Source: Macrostomum lignano
Lineage: Eukaryota
Assembly: GCA_002269645.1 (NCBI GenBank)
Contig: NIVC01002281.1
Coordinates: 123,325-187,324 of the forward strand
Reading direction: 5' to 3'
DNA: 64,000 nucleotides
Below the pieces are notes generated by a model. The model was not told where the DNA came from, did no database searches, and saw only the letters and a program-made list of their open reading frames with translations. Position numbers and translations under genes: made by a program. Positions 17,201-29,690 of this stretch are shown one piece after another. Position 1 is the stretch's first letter, and each line of letters opens with the position of its first letter.

Positions 17201-20200
17201 TGGGGCATGTGCCAGTGCCTGTAGGTCACAACCGGGGCATGTGACAGTGTTTGTATGTCACAACTGGGGCATGTGACAGTGCCTGTAGGTCGCAACCGGG
17301 GCATGTGCCAGTGCCTGTAGGTCACAACCGGGGCATGTGACAGTGTTTGTATGTCACAACTGGGGCATGTGACAGTGCCTGTAGGTCACAACTGGGGCAT
17401 GTGACAGTGCCTGTAGGTCGCAATTGGGCATGTGACAGTGCCTGCAGGTTACAACCGGGACATAAGACAGTGTTTGTATGTCACAACTGGGGCATGTGAC
17501 AGTGCCTGTAGGTCACAACTGGGGCATGTGACAGTGCCTGTAGGTCACAACTGGGGCATGTGACAGTGCCTGTAGGTCGCAACTGGGCATGTGACAGTGC
17601 CTGTAGGTCGCAACTGGGCATGTGACAGTGCCTGTAGGTCACAACTGGGGCATGTGACAGTGCCTGTAGGTCGCAACTGGGCATGTGACAGTGCCTGTAG
17701 GTCACAACTGAGGCATGTGACAGTGCCTGTGTAGGTCATAACTAGAGCATGTGACAGTGCCTGTAGGTCGCAACTGGGCATGTGACAGTGACTGTAGGTC
17801 ACAACTGGGACATGTGACAGTGCCTGTATAGGTCATAACTAGAGCATGTGACAGTGACTGTAGGTCACAACTGGGACATGTGACAGTGTCTTCACCGCAC
17901 CTGCATCCGGCCTTCATCGCCATCCGCCTCGTCGTCGTCATCGTCGCCGCTGCCGCCGCCGGGTTTACCGGCGCCGAGGCCCGCCTTGTCCCGGCCAGTG
18001 CGACTAACAGTGGGATTAAACAGATTAACGCTAGTATTGTGCCGACGCCCGATGCCCAGAGTGACAAGCCGGCTAAGAAGCATCTCGGCAGTTTTCGCCG
18101 GGCACAGGCAGACAATCTGTACGAACAGGCCTTTGCTCATCGGCATCAGAGTGTAGTTCAGCGAGTTGAACTCCAGCTCAACGCGGACAATCTGTGTTTG
18201 GAGAATGGCGCTCAGAGGATATAAAGTGAGAGCACAATCGATACATTTATCTCAGAATTTGGTGGCCACCACAGATACAATAGCTAGATGCTTCACACGA
18301 AATTAGTTACAAAAAATTAGCAGCGCCTACTGTTTTATCAGTAGCTTATCTGCGCAGTGTCACAAAAACTTATTGTGGCAGCTAAACTTTCCTTTCCTTC
18401 CTCAGGATTTGCGGCCTCGGAGCATATGGGGCTGAGAATTAACAGCAAGAATTTAACTCGATGTACACTAGTGAACGCAAGACAGACGAAACTCAGCCTA
18501 TGGGCAAAACCTAATGCCGTAATGGAGTAAATTAGATCAGCCAATAAGAGAGCAGTAAGGAGAGAGGTTAGTCAGACAAACGAAACTCAGCCTAGGGGGC
18601 AGGCCCAATCTAGCTCAGCCAATAAGAGAGCAGTAAGGAGAGGGGTTAGTCAGACAAACGAAACTCAGCCTAGGGGGCAGGCCCAATCTAGCTCAGCCAA
18701 TAAGAGAGCAGTAAGGAGCGAGGTTAAAGGCAGACAAACGAAACTCAGCACAGGGGGCAGGCCCAATCTAGCTCAGCCAATAAGAGAGCAGTAAGGAGAG
18801 GGGTTAGTCAGACAAACGAAACTCAGCCTAGGGGGCAGGCCCAATCTAGCTCAGCCAATAAGAGAGCAGTAAGGAGCGAGGTTAAAGGCAGACAAACGAA
18901 ACTCAGCACAGGGGGCAGGCCCAATCTAGCTCAGCCAATAAGAGAGCAGTAAGGAGAGAGGTAGGCAGACACAAGCGGGCAAGAGGATAAATCTTTTGAG
19001 ATAAGTTTCTATTTATACGAGAAGTGAGCCGTTGCTCAAATTCCGAGCCATTTTTAGCTCTGAGTACTTGCTGCCTTTATTCATACGGCTCATTATCTCG
19101 ACTAAGATAGCATGTTGACTCATCGCTGACTCAGCGGCCCCAGCAATACGCACCTCGGTAGGAGTTAGCGCACGGTTGTGTTTCCTCGACAGCCGTTCAA
19201 CCCGTTGGATACTTTTCTGATTAGCAGCTTGATAGTCAAAATCAGCTGAATCGGTTCCGCCCGCGCTGCTGCTGGTGCCCGAGGTGATCGAGGCGGCCGA
19301 GCCGGCCCGTTCGAGCATCTCAACGGCGTTGGCGCTGTTCACCGACTCGATGTTGAAACCGACGTGTCGATCGGAAACTGGCGATAAAGGCGGCTTCAGA
19401 GCCGATTTTGGCTGCTGTTGCTGCTGCTGATCCGACTGGTTCGATGGCTCGGTGGGCACCAGCGGCTTCTGCTGCGATTCGGATTCGCTGACGGCGACGC
19501 TCTCCGCTGAGCCGACAGTAGCGGCCACAGTAGCGGCGGCAGCGGCGGCCACAGTCTCGGTGGCCACTTTGGCCAAGGAGCCGCTTGTAGTAGAATTGCT
19601 GACCACGGTGGAACCCCCGCTGGCAACTCCGGCGTCCGAAGAAGACCCGGTGAGGTGCTGTCGCGGGTTTTCAGTTGGCGATAAAAATACTGTATTACGC
19701 TATAGTTTAAGTCTAACAAGTCAGACGCGGCTTTAAACACGGACAGCCGCTTGTCAACCTCTATATTATACATTATTAGTTTAGTTATTGTGTTACTTAT
19801 ATTACGCTCGTACCTCAAGCCGTTTAAAGCTTTTGTTTCTCTGGTTAAAAAGCCAGCATTCATTCTGCAGAACTTAATTTCTGGGCTTGGTGCTATTTTT
19901 AATGAAATTATCAGCCTGATTAGATTTATTGTCTATAGCCGAGTGCAGTTCTGTGGCAGTGGCTTTTATTGGATTTATTGTCTGTGGCCTAGTGCAGTTC
20001 TGTGTTAGTGGCTTGTATTGGATTTATTGTCTGTGGCCGAGTGCAGTTCTGTGTTAGTGGCTTGTATTGGATTTATTGTCTGTGGCCGAGTGCAGTTCTG
20101 TGGCAGTGGCTTGTATTGAATTTATTGTCTATGACCGAGTGCAGTTCTGTGGCAGTGGCTTTTATTGGATTTATTGTCTGTGGCCTAGTGCAGTTCTGTG

Positions 20201-23200
20201 GCAGTGGCTAGTATTGGATTTATTGTCTATGGCCGAGTGCAGTTCTGTGGCAGTGGCTAGTATTGGATTTATTGTCTGTGGCTGAGTGCAGTTCTGTGGC
20301 AGTGGCTAGTATTGGATTTATTGTCTATGGCCGAGTGCAGTTCTGTGGCAGTGGCTTTTATTGGATTTATTGTCTAAGGCCGAGTGCAGTTCTGTGGCAG
20401 TGGCTAGTATTGGATTTATTGTCTGTGGCTGAGTGCAGTTCTGTGGCAGTGGCTAGTATTGGATTTATTGTCTATGGCCGAGTGCAGTTCTGTGGCAGTG
20501 GCTAGTATTGGATTTATTGTCTATGGCCGAGTGCAGTTCTGTGGCAGTGGCTTTTATTGGATTTATTGTCTATGGCCTAGTGCAGTTCTGTGGCAGTGGC
20601 TAGTATTGGATTTATTGTCTATGGCCGAGTGCAGTTCTGTGTTAGTGGCTTGTATTGGATTTATTGTCTGTGGCCGAGTGCAGTTCTGTGGCAGTGGCTT
20701 GTATTGGATTTATTGTCTGTGGCTGAGTGCAGTTCTGTGGCAGTGGCTTGTATTGGATTTATTGTCTATGGCCTAGTGCAGTTCTGTGGCAGTGGCTTGT
20801 ATTGGATTTATTGTCTATGGCCGAGTGCAGTTCTGTGGCAGTGGCTTTTATTGGATTTATTGTCTGTGGCCGAGTGCAGTTCTGTGGCAGTGGCTTTTAT
20901 TGGATTTATTGTCTGTGGCCGAGTGCAGTTCTGTGTCAGTGGCTTTTATTGGATTTATTGTCAATGGCCTAGTGCAGTTCTGTGGCAGTGGCTAGTATTG
21001 GATTTATTGTCTATGGCCGAGTGCAGTTCTGTGTTAGTGGCTTGTATTGGATTTATTGTCTGTGGCCGAGTGCAGTTCTGTGGCAGTGGCTTGTATTGGA
21101 TTTATTGTCTGTGGCTGAGTGCAGTTCTGTGTTAGTGGCTTGTATTGGATTTATTGTCTATGGCCTAGTGCAGTTCTGTGGCAGTGGCTAGTATTGGATT
21201 TATTGTCTATGGCCGAGTGCAGTTCTGTGGCAGTGGCTAGTATTGGATTTATTGTCTTTGGCCGAGTGCAGTTCTGTGGCAGTGGCTTTTATTGGATTTA
21301 TTGTCTGTGGCCGAGTGCAGTTCTGTGGCAGTGGCTTTTATTGGATTTATTGTCTATGGCCTAGTGCAGTTCTGTGGCAGTGGCTTTTATTGGATTTATT
21401 GTCTATGGCCTAGTGCAGTTCTGTGGCAGTGGCTTTTATTGGATTTATTGTCTGTGGCCGAGTGCAGTTCTGTGGCAGTGGCTTTTATTGGATTTATTGT
21501 CTGTGGCCGAGTGCAGTTCTGTGACAGTGGCTTGTATTGGATTTATTGTCTGTGGCCGAGTGCATTTCTGTGTCCGTGGCTTTTATTGGATTTATTGTCT
21601 GTGGCCGAGTGCAGTTCTGTGGCAGTGGCTTTTATTTGATTTATTGTCTGTGGCCGAGTGCAGTTCTGTGACAGTGGCTAGTATTGGATTTATTGTCTAT
21701 GGCCGAGTGCAGTTCTGTGTTAGTGGCTTGTATTGGATTTATTGTCTGTGGCCGAGTGCAGTTCTGTGGCAGTGGCTTGTATTGGATTTATTGTCTGTGG
21801 CCGAGTGCAGTTCTGTGTCAGTGGCTTTTATTTGATTTATTGTCTGTGGCCGAGTGCAGTTCTGTGTCAGTGGCTTTTATTTGATTTATTGTCTGTGGCC
21901 GAGTGCAGTTCTGTGGCAGTGGCTTGTATTGGATTTATTGTCTGTGGCCGAGTGCATTTCTGTGTCCGTGGCTTTTATTGGATTTATTGTCTGTGGCCGA
22001 GTGCAGTTCTGTGGCAGTGGCTTTTATTTGATTTATTGTCTGTGGCCGAGTGCAGTTCTGTGGCAGTGGCTTTTATTGGATTTATTGTCTGTGGCCGAGT
22101 GCAGGTCTGTGGCAGTGGCTTGTATTGGATTTATTGTCTGTGGCCGAGTGCAGTTCTGTGACAGTGGCTTTTATTTGATTTATTGTCTGTGGCCGAGTGC
22201 AGTTCTGTGACAGTGGCTTTTATTTGATTTATTGTCTGTGGCCGAGTGCAGTTCTGTGACAGTGGCTTTTATTGATTTATTGTCTGTGGCCGAGTGCAGT
22301 TCTGTGTTAGTGGCTTGTATTGGATTTATTGTCTATGGCCGAGTGCAGTTCTGTGGCAGTGGCTTGTATTGGATTTATTGTCTGTGGCTGAGTGCAGTTT
22401 TGTGTTAGTGGCTTGTATTGGATTTATTGTCTATGGCCGAGTGCAGTTCTGTGGCAGTGGCTTGTATTGGATTTATTGTCTATGGCCGAGTGCAGTTCTG
22501 TGGCAGTGGCTTGTATTGGATTTATTGTCTGTGGCCGAGTGCAGTTCTGTGGCAGTGGCTTTTATTGGATTTATTGTCTGTGGCCGAGTGCAGGTCTGTG
22601 GCAGTGGCTTGTATTGGATTTATTGTCTGTGGCCGAGTGCAGTTCTGTGACAGTGGCTTTTATTTGATTTATTGTCTGTGGCCGAGTGCAGTTCTGTGAC
22701 AGTGGCTTTTATTTGATTTATTGTCTGTGGCCGAGTGCAGTTCTGTGACAGTGGCTTTTATTTGATTTATTGTCTGTGGCCGAGTGGAGTTCTGTGGCAG
22801 TGGCTTTTATTGGATTTATTGTCTGTGGCCGAGTGCAGGTCTGTGGCAGTGGCTTGTATTGGATTTATTGTCTGTGGCCGAGTGCAGTTCTGTGACAGTG
22901 GCTTTTATTTGATTTATTGTCTGTGGCCGAGTGCAGTTCTGTGACAGTGGCTTGTATTGGATTTATTGTCTATGGCCGAGTGCAGTTCTGTGGCAGTGGC
23001 TTGTATTGGATTTATTGTCTGTGGCCGAGTGCAGTTCTGTGGCAGTGGCTTTTATTGGATTTATTGTCTGTGGCCGAGTGCAGTTCTGTGGCAGTGGCTT
23101 TTATTGGATTTATTGTCTGTGGCCGAGTGCAGGTCTGTGGCAGTGGCTTGTATTGGATTTATTGTCTGTGGCCGAGTGCAGTTCTGTGACAGTGGCTTTT

Positions 23201-25045
23201 ATTTGATTTATTGTCTGTGGCCGAGTGCAGTTCTGTGACAGTGGCTTTTATTTGATTTATTGTCTATGGCCGAGTGCAGTTCTGTGGCAGTGGCTTGTAT
23301 TGGATTTATTGTCTGTGGCCGAGTGCAGTTCTGTGACAGTGGCTTTTATTTGATTTATTGTCTGTGGCCGAGTGCAGTTCTGTGACAGTGGCTTTTATTT
23401 GATTTATTGTCTGTGGCCGAGTGCAGTTCTGTGACAGTGGCTTTTATTTGATTTATTGTCTGTGGCCGAGTGCAGGTCTGTGGCAGTGGCTTTTATTGGA
23501 TTTATTGTCTGTGGCCGAGTGCAGTTCTGTGACAGTGGCTTTTATTTGATTTATTGTCTGTGGCCGAGTGCAGTTCTGTGACAGTGGCTTTTATTTGATT
23601 TATTGTCTGTGGCCGAGTGCAGTTCTGTGACAGTGGCTAGTATTGGATTTATTGTCTGTGGCCGAGTGCATTTCTGTGGCAGTGGCTTGTATTGGATTTA
23701 TTGTCTGTGGCCGAGTGCAGTTCTGTGACAGTGGCTTGTATTGGATTTATTGTCTGTGGCCGAGTGCAGTTCTGTGACAGTGGCTTGTATTGGATTTATT
23801 GTCTGTGGCCTAGTGCAGTTCTGTGGCAGTGGCTTTTATTGGATTTATTGTCTGTGGCCTAGTGCAGTTCTGTGGCAGTGGCTAGTATTGGATTTATTGT
23901 CTGTGGCCGAGTGCAGTTCTGTGGCAGTGGCTAGTATTGGATTTATTGTCTGTGGCCGAGTGCAGTTCTGTGGCAGTGGCTAGTATTGGATTTATTGTCT
24001 GTGGCCGAGTGCAGTTCTGTGGCAGTGGCTAGTATTGGATTTATTGTCTGTGGCCGAGTGCAGTTCTCTGACAGTACCTGCTGCTCCCGCGAAGGGGGAG
24101 GATTCTGCACTTAATCGGTTTAATTATTAACTTGAATGACAAAAGCAGAAGTAAATCAAGTGAAAGTTGACTGGTGGTATGCAGCAAAGGATACCGGGCA
24201 TACTGATAAAGAATGCCAATTTCGCAGCTTTTTTTTACCATAGACAGCGGTTCTGCTTGCTGACCGTCGGCACAAATTCAATGTACTGTAAGAAGCAGTT
24301 TTAGTTGGATTAAAGCTACTTGGGTGGAAACTTTAACATGTTGCTGGGTGTAGTTGTAGGTAAAAGGAACACCCTTTTAAGGAATTAAGGAAAGTAAAAA
24401 AATTACACGCACTAGGGATAGAGACGCAGGAAAATATGATTCTATTCGAATATTCGCCATTCACCATAAAAACTGTTGCATTTCCCGCCAGCCCAGTAGA
24501 AACAAATGATACAATAACATACAATAGAGAAAGGACAATAAGAAAGCTAGTTAACATTTAACAATTAAAAGTGCATTCAGCTTGTGGCTTACGCGATTCC
24601 GTCTGTAACGAAGACGCTGTAAAAACACGTACGATAACAGTAAGTTGCTAGTTCGATTTTAGTAAACTTTAGAGCCGTTATAAACTGTCTAATTTCATTA
24701 AATAAATGGTTAACTGTGCACCCTGTGTGAGCGTGTGTATGAGTGCGTGTCTGTGTACAGTAATGACGCGCTTGTATTGTGCTCAGGAGTCTGCCTTCAG
24801 CGTTGTTTCTTTATGATTTATGATCATTATGACTGTTTGATTAGCTGTCAACTCACCGCATTCTTCACAGCGTCGCTGCTGTTTACTTCGCCATCAAATT
24901 CATTGTTATTCTCGCCGGCAGATGTTGCCGCATTGTTGGCAGCTGCGCTATTAACACCGTCATCATCATCGTCAAGCAGGTGAGTCGGATCCAAGTCGCT
25001 GTCTAACTGCTTCGGCAGAGTCACAACAAACATGCAATTCGGCAT
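11276..25045 (-). CDS. DUF389 (TIGR00341-like) multi-pass membrane protein; exons 24857-25045, 19019-19657, 17901-18191, 16096-16251, 12927-13423, 11276-11924 (~806 aa)
   Basis: The spliced translation has the DUF389 signature TFDFVCFLVCATIIAAVGLATNSSVMT/VASMLLSPYMGPIL ... QEMTDRG ... VGVAISASLLPPVVNSG. GT-AG junctions keep the frame. The exon 2 donor (GTATAA at 19018) is weak and the three 5' exons are less certain. Confidence 0.8.
12084..12900. repeat. Composite minisatellite: 27-bp units (12084-~12460) grading into 32-bp units (~12470-12900), DUF389 intron 5
   Basis: Shared core GATCCTTCAGTGCCCGCCT; the linker changes from GATCCTCC to AACTACAACCCCA. Confidence 0.95.
13614..14130. repeat. 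29-bp minisatellite (GCTTTGACATCTCAGCAACTCCCCAGTCA), ~18 copies, DUF389 intron 4
   Basis: Direct periodicity. Confidence 0.97.
15400..15707 (-). mobile_element. tRNA-derived SINE with a CORE-like central domain
   Basis: Minus-strand head GGGGGTTGTAGCCTAGTGGTTAGAGCG...GGTTCGATTC (A and B boxes), then GTGTCCATGAGCAAGACT...CAGCTGTAAAATGGG resembling the CORE domain (from memory of the consensus), and an ATT-rich tail. The 3' end is approximate. Confidence 0.72.
16300..17885. repeat. 32-bp minisatellite (GGTCACAACTGGGGCATGTGCCAGTGCCTGTA), ~49 copies, filling DUF389 intron 3
   Basis: Direct periodicity with positional variant blocks (TTGTG, GCCAG, GACAG). Confidence 0.97.
18480..18965. repeat. 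78/80-bp alternating tandem repeat, ~6 units, DUF389 intron 2
   Basis: CAGACAAACG recurs at 18573, 18651, 18731, 18809 and 18889. Confidence 0.93.
19915..24075. repeat. 49-bp minisatellite (GTGCAGTTCTGTGGCAGTGGCTTTTATTGGATTTATTGTCTGTGGCCGA), ~85 copies, DUF389 intron 1
   Basis: Direct periodicity over ~4.2 kb; it explains the many repetitive ORFs at 19751-23983. Confidence 0.98.
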
Positions 25046-25286
25046 TGGAAACGGCTCGGATGCCGCTTGACAACCAAGCGCTGAAAGTTGCGCAATCGAT
25101 GAGGACAAGTTCAGATGATTGATTTTACCAAATGGGATGCTAGGGGACTTTGCACTCTACTTCTCATATGAGATTTCATTCTATTCTACATTTACTTTTA
25201 CTGAATCTCAACCCAAATTGTATACCTTTGCACAAGGCACATCTCATGGAGATCTATGGACTCTAAGGGCCGTGTATGATGTAGAT

Positions 25287-25433
25287 CAGGGGTAGAACAT
25301 GCCCCTCAAAGCCTCTCTATCCGGCCCTCGGGTGCTTTGAACTTCCCTCTACTTTTCCCTCTCCTATCTGGCCCGCAGCCATGAGCTGGATTCTTTATCT
25401 GGCCTTTGAGGTAAAAATAGTTTGCGGACCCCT
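25287..25433. mobile_element. hAT-type MITE, ~150 bp
   Basis: Termini CAGGGGT...ACCCCTT, flanked by ATGTAGAT / ATTTAGAT (7/8 TSD match). The core CTCTCTATCCGGCCCTCGGGT is shared with 63120-63140. The right end is accurate to about 1 bp. Confidence 0.7.
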
Positions 25434-26326
25434 TATTTAGATTAGAGCTGTTAATGGGCCGCTTATTGAGGGCCGATTCCTGACCTTATTTTGTCACAAT
25501 GGTAGACAATCTACATTGTCTATCTCCAAAACCATATACACAATCTACCATTACGAAGGCGCCTAAGGTGGTGATAAATAAAAAGTCATAAGACAAACTA
25601 GCTGTATTCACAAACTTTAAAACGAGACTGACCTTTCATGAGAGGCTTTTTTACTGCAATAATTTCCAACTTGGCTTAACAGTCAATTAGAATAAAACAA
25701 TGTTTAATGTTTGGAAATGAAACATTCTACTTACTTTCATCGTTATTTTAATCGATATATTGAAATAAAATCAAATATCACAGGAGTATAGAACAGGGTG
25801 TATTATAGATACAAATAAGTGATATTATATAAATAAATAATGAGACAATTCTCTCACCGATTAAACACAATAGTGCAGGTCGGGCATGCGACTATTCGAA
25901 GCACTGAATACATAATAAACAAACAGGAGATCAAACAAACAGATAAAAAACTGTAAAAAGAACCCACTAAGAATACAGCGTGGGACATGGAAGCAATCAA
26001 ATGGAAGAACGAAATTCTCTTTTAAAAAGACGGGGCAAGTTTTTCTAAATAAATATTGTATAAAAATCCCAGATAGATATTGAACTTATAATAGCTTATT
26101 CCAAGTAAATTGAGCCTAGCAGCAAGCATGTTTATTGCTGTTCATTGTCTATGGCCAAAATGGGTTTGCGGAGAACAGACTACAGACTCCCTTTTCAGCC
26201 ATAGACAATGGAGATGATACACGGCTTTTGAGGGTGAGAGGTTTTTTCATAGACACGCCCTGAAGCAAATTCAGGGGAAAATATTTTTTCATCTCTCCTA
26301 GTGGCTTGTGGAGGAATGAATGAGAG

Positions 26327-26547
26327 CAGGGGCGGATCTAAGGGGAGGGGGCGGCCCACTTGTAGCTGGCGATGATGGCGCCCCTTTTTCTTTGGGCTAA
26401 AAAAGGTCCTTACCGCCCTCAGTTTGCTCAGTATGGCGCCCCTCTCGTCTATATTATGGCGCTCCTTTCGTGTATACTAGGGCGTCCCACTCATGGTTAA
26501 AATCCGCCTCCCCTTAATTTTTATTTATATTTCTATATTGGCCCCTG
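26327..26547. mobile_element. hAT-type (Tip100-like termini) MITE, 221 bp
   Basis: Termini CAGGGGC...GCCCCTG, flanked by AATGAGAG / GATGAGAG (7/8 TSD match); internal GGCGCCC repeats. Confidence 0.72.
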
Positions 26548-26977
26548 GATGAGAGGTTTCTACCATAGACAGTTGTTATGGGGTAGGAATTGAAGGTGTG
26601 CAGGAAATGAGCAAGCGTATCGAATAGATGCGGCAATGAAAAGCAAGTCTTCAATTGGCTCAATTAGCTTAGAAAATTCTAAATAATCAGAAGTTATTGA
26701 CAATAAAAACAAAGAGATAAAAAACTTCTCAATAAAAAAATTAAGAATAATAATAAAACTGAAATTCTTGGTTAACACGCTAAGCTAGCCAATTAGTTGT
26801 CAAATATTGGAAAAGTAAACAACAAAAAGCAAGGGGATAGGAGTTTTGGCATCCCAGCTTGATATTAAAGCTATGCCCAACTTCACAGATTTTATAGTTA
26901 GTTCACATAAATATTATCAAACCCAAGCTAGCCAGCAGTTATACTACTCATCATAGTAAAAACTTAGTAGTATAAAT

Positions 26978-28567
26978 CTAAACGCGTTTCCGGTCGGACA
27001 GAGCTCGCACAATGCTGCCGATTTGGCCGCGGGCCAGCACCTTCTCATGCCACACTAGCAGGAGGGCATGATTCTCCTTCACTAATTCGAAACACCTGTA
27101 CACGTACTTCATCAAGGTGTCCACGTGAGCCTCGTCGAGTGCCTGTACTACCCTATCAATGTCCGACTGTTTGGTGTGCATAAGCACTCGCAGCACCTGA
27201 TTGGCTGCCTGATCCTGCGGTGGTTTAGCACAGCATTGAAGCACATTAGACTATTTATAAAATTGTTTAAGCTGACATAATCCATTGAAAGGGATTTAAA
27301 AGAAGTATTCACGGAAACGGAGAAGTATTCACCCGATTCAGAAAGGATCATTCACGGATTTCAGAGGAGCATTCACGGGAAATTGGAGAGAAGCATTCAT
27401 ATGGATTGAGAGAGGAAAATTCACGGGAATCGGGAGAGAAGCATTCACAGAATTGGGAGAGGAGCATTCATGGAATTGGGAGAGGAGCATTCACAGAATT
27501 GGGAGAGGAGCATTTACTAGAATTGGCAGACAATTCACTAGATTAGGACTAAGCATGCACTGAATTAGGACAGGGCATCATTCACTGGATGAGTAGATGA
27601 GGATTCACTGGATTAGGACAGGGGATCATTCACCGGATGAGTAGATGAGGATTCACTGGATTAGGACAGGGGATCATTCACCGGATGAGTAGATGAGGAT
27701 TCACTGGATGAGTAGATGAGGATTCACTGGATTAGGACAGGGGATCATTCACCGGATGGGTAGATGAGGATTAACTGGATTAGGACAGGGGATCATTCAC
27801 CGGATGAGTAGATGAGGATTCACTGGATGAGTAGATGAGGATTCACTGGATTAGGACAGGGGATCATTCACCGGATGAGTAGATGAGGATTCACTGGATT
27901 AGGACAGGGGATCATTCACCGGATGAGTAGATGAGCATTCACTTGATTAGGACAGGGGATCATTCACCGGATGAGTAGATGAGCATTCACTAGATTAGGA
28001 CAGGGGATCATTCACCGGATGAGTAGATGAGCATTCACTTGATTAGGACAGGGGATCATTCACCGGATGAGTAGATGAGCATTCACTTGATTAGGACAGG
28101 GGATCATTCACCGGATGAGTAGATGAGCATTCACTTGATTAGGACAGGGGATCATTCACCGGATGAGTAGATGAGCATTCACTTGATTAGAACAGGGGAT
28201 CATTCACCGGATGAGTAGATAAGCATTCACTGGATTAGGACAGGGGATCATTCACCGGATGAGTTCATGAGTATTCACGAGATAGGAATAGAGACGAAAT
28301 CAGTGCTGCAGAAGCATTGCAGCTGACCTTGACAGCCGAACTCTTGACATTGACAGGCGGCTTAGCCAGCAGGGCGGCCAGAGCCTCGGAGATTTTGTTG
28401 TCGGCCAACAGTTTGCTCAACTCGGCGTCGCTCACAGCCAAATAGCCGTCGCCACTGGCGTCCGGGCCGGCCGAGTCTCCGTCCAACAGAGCGTCCTCGA
28501 AGTTGTCTTCGTTGTATTGGTCAACATCCACGGTGCGGAACTTGGCGTTTGTGGTTCGCTTGGACAT
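26978..28567 (-). CDS. ARPC5: Actin-related protein 2/3 complex subunit 5 (p16-Arc); exons 28328-28567 and 26978-27214 (158 aa)
   Basis: MSKRTTNAKFRTVDVDQYNE...KPPVNVKSSAVK/DQAANQVLRVL...VDTLMKYVYRCF...LLLVWHEK...GSIVRALSDRKRV matches the ARPC5 family end to end. The phase-0 GT-AG intron keeps the frame. Confidence 0.97.
27300..28270. repeat. 48-bp minisatellite (CACTGGATTAGGACAGGGGATCATTCACCGGATGAGTAGATGAGGATT) with a degenerate ~22-bp left flank, ARPC5 intron
   Basis: Direct periodicity (e.g. 27606, 27654). Confidence 0.95.
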
Positions 28568-28989
28568 TGTTGTATTGATTTGTTTCCTTCCAGTGATATA
28601 ATATTGCGCAGCCCAAACAACATGCAATGAAGATATGATTTTATGAATTTAATTCGGCCCTTTCTATTGAAGCAGATGACCTCATTGTCTATCTGATGTA
28701 TTCTCTGACAGTCTGTTGATCCAAAGCAGTTCCTCATAAGCCCTTGGCAACTAAAATGTACTAAAAACGACAGAAAAAAAGCACAAAAAAGGCACGGTAA
28801 ACATAGTTTTATTATTGAGCACAATTGGCAATACTGCCAAAAAATTGCAATAAATGCAAGAAAACTAAGGAAAACAAAACAAAAAGCTGACCCAACAGAT
28901 GCTAAATGCTAAAGTGGAACACTAAAAACGAAGTGTACTAAGAAGTACTAAGAATAGCAAAAAACAGAAAAAATCTTATAACTATAACA

Positions 28990-29690
28990 ATGTAACTTCT
29001 GCTGACTCAGCTGATAGCTACTCAGCACCATCTCACCACTCAGCTGATAGCTACTCAGCACCAACTCACCACTCAGCTGATAGCTACTCAGCACCATCTC
29101 ACCGCTCAGCTGATAGCTACTCAGCACCATCTCACCGCTTATCTACTCAGCCCCATCTCACCGCTCAGCTACTCAGCACCATCTCACCGCTGAGCTGATA
29201 GCTACTCAGCACCATCTCACCGCTTATCTACTCAGCCCCATCTCACCGCTCAGCTACTAAGCACCATCTCACCGCTCAGCTGATAGCTACTCAGCCCCAT
29301 CTCACCGCTCAGCTACTCAGCACCATCTCACCGCTGAGCTGATAGCTACTCAGCACCATCTCACCGCTTATCTACTCAGCCCCATCTCACCGCTCAGCTA
29401 CTCAGCACCATCTCACCGCTCAGTTGATAGCTACTCAGCACCATCTCACCGCTCAGCTGATAGCTACTCAGCACCATCTCACCGCTCAGCTGATAGCTAC
29501 TCAGCACCATCTCACCGCTCAGCTGATAGCTACTCAGCACCATCTCACCGCTTATCTACTCAGCCCCATCTCACCGCTCAGCTACTCAGCACCAACTCAC
29601 CACTCAGCTGATAGCTACTCAGCACCATCTCACCGCTCAGCTGATAGCTACTCAGCACAATCTCACCGCTCATCTACTCAGCCCCATCTC
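28990..29690. repeat. 33-bp minisatellite (ACTCAGCACCATCTCACCGCTCAGCTGATAGCT) with shorter variants, immediately downstream of the MCMDC2 stop
   Basis: Direct periodicity. Confidence 0.95.

Noticed and set aside
19751-23983. About 25 overlapping hydrophobic ORFs
   Set aside because: All are frame-cycling translations of the 49-bp repeat.
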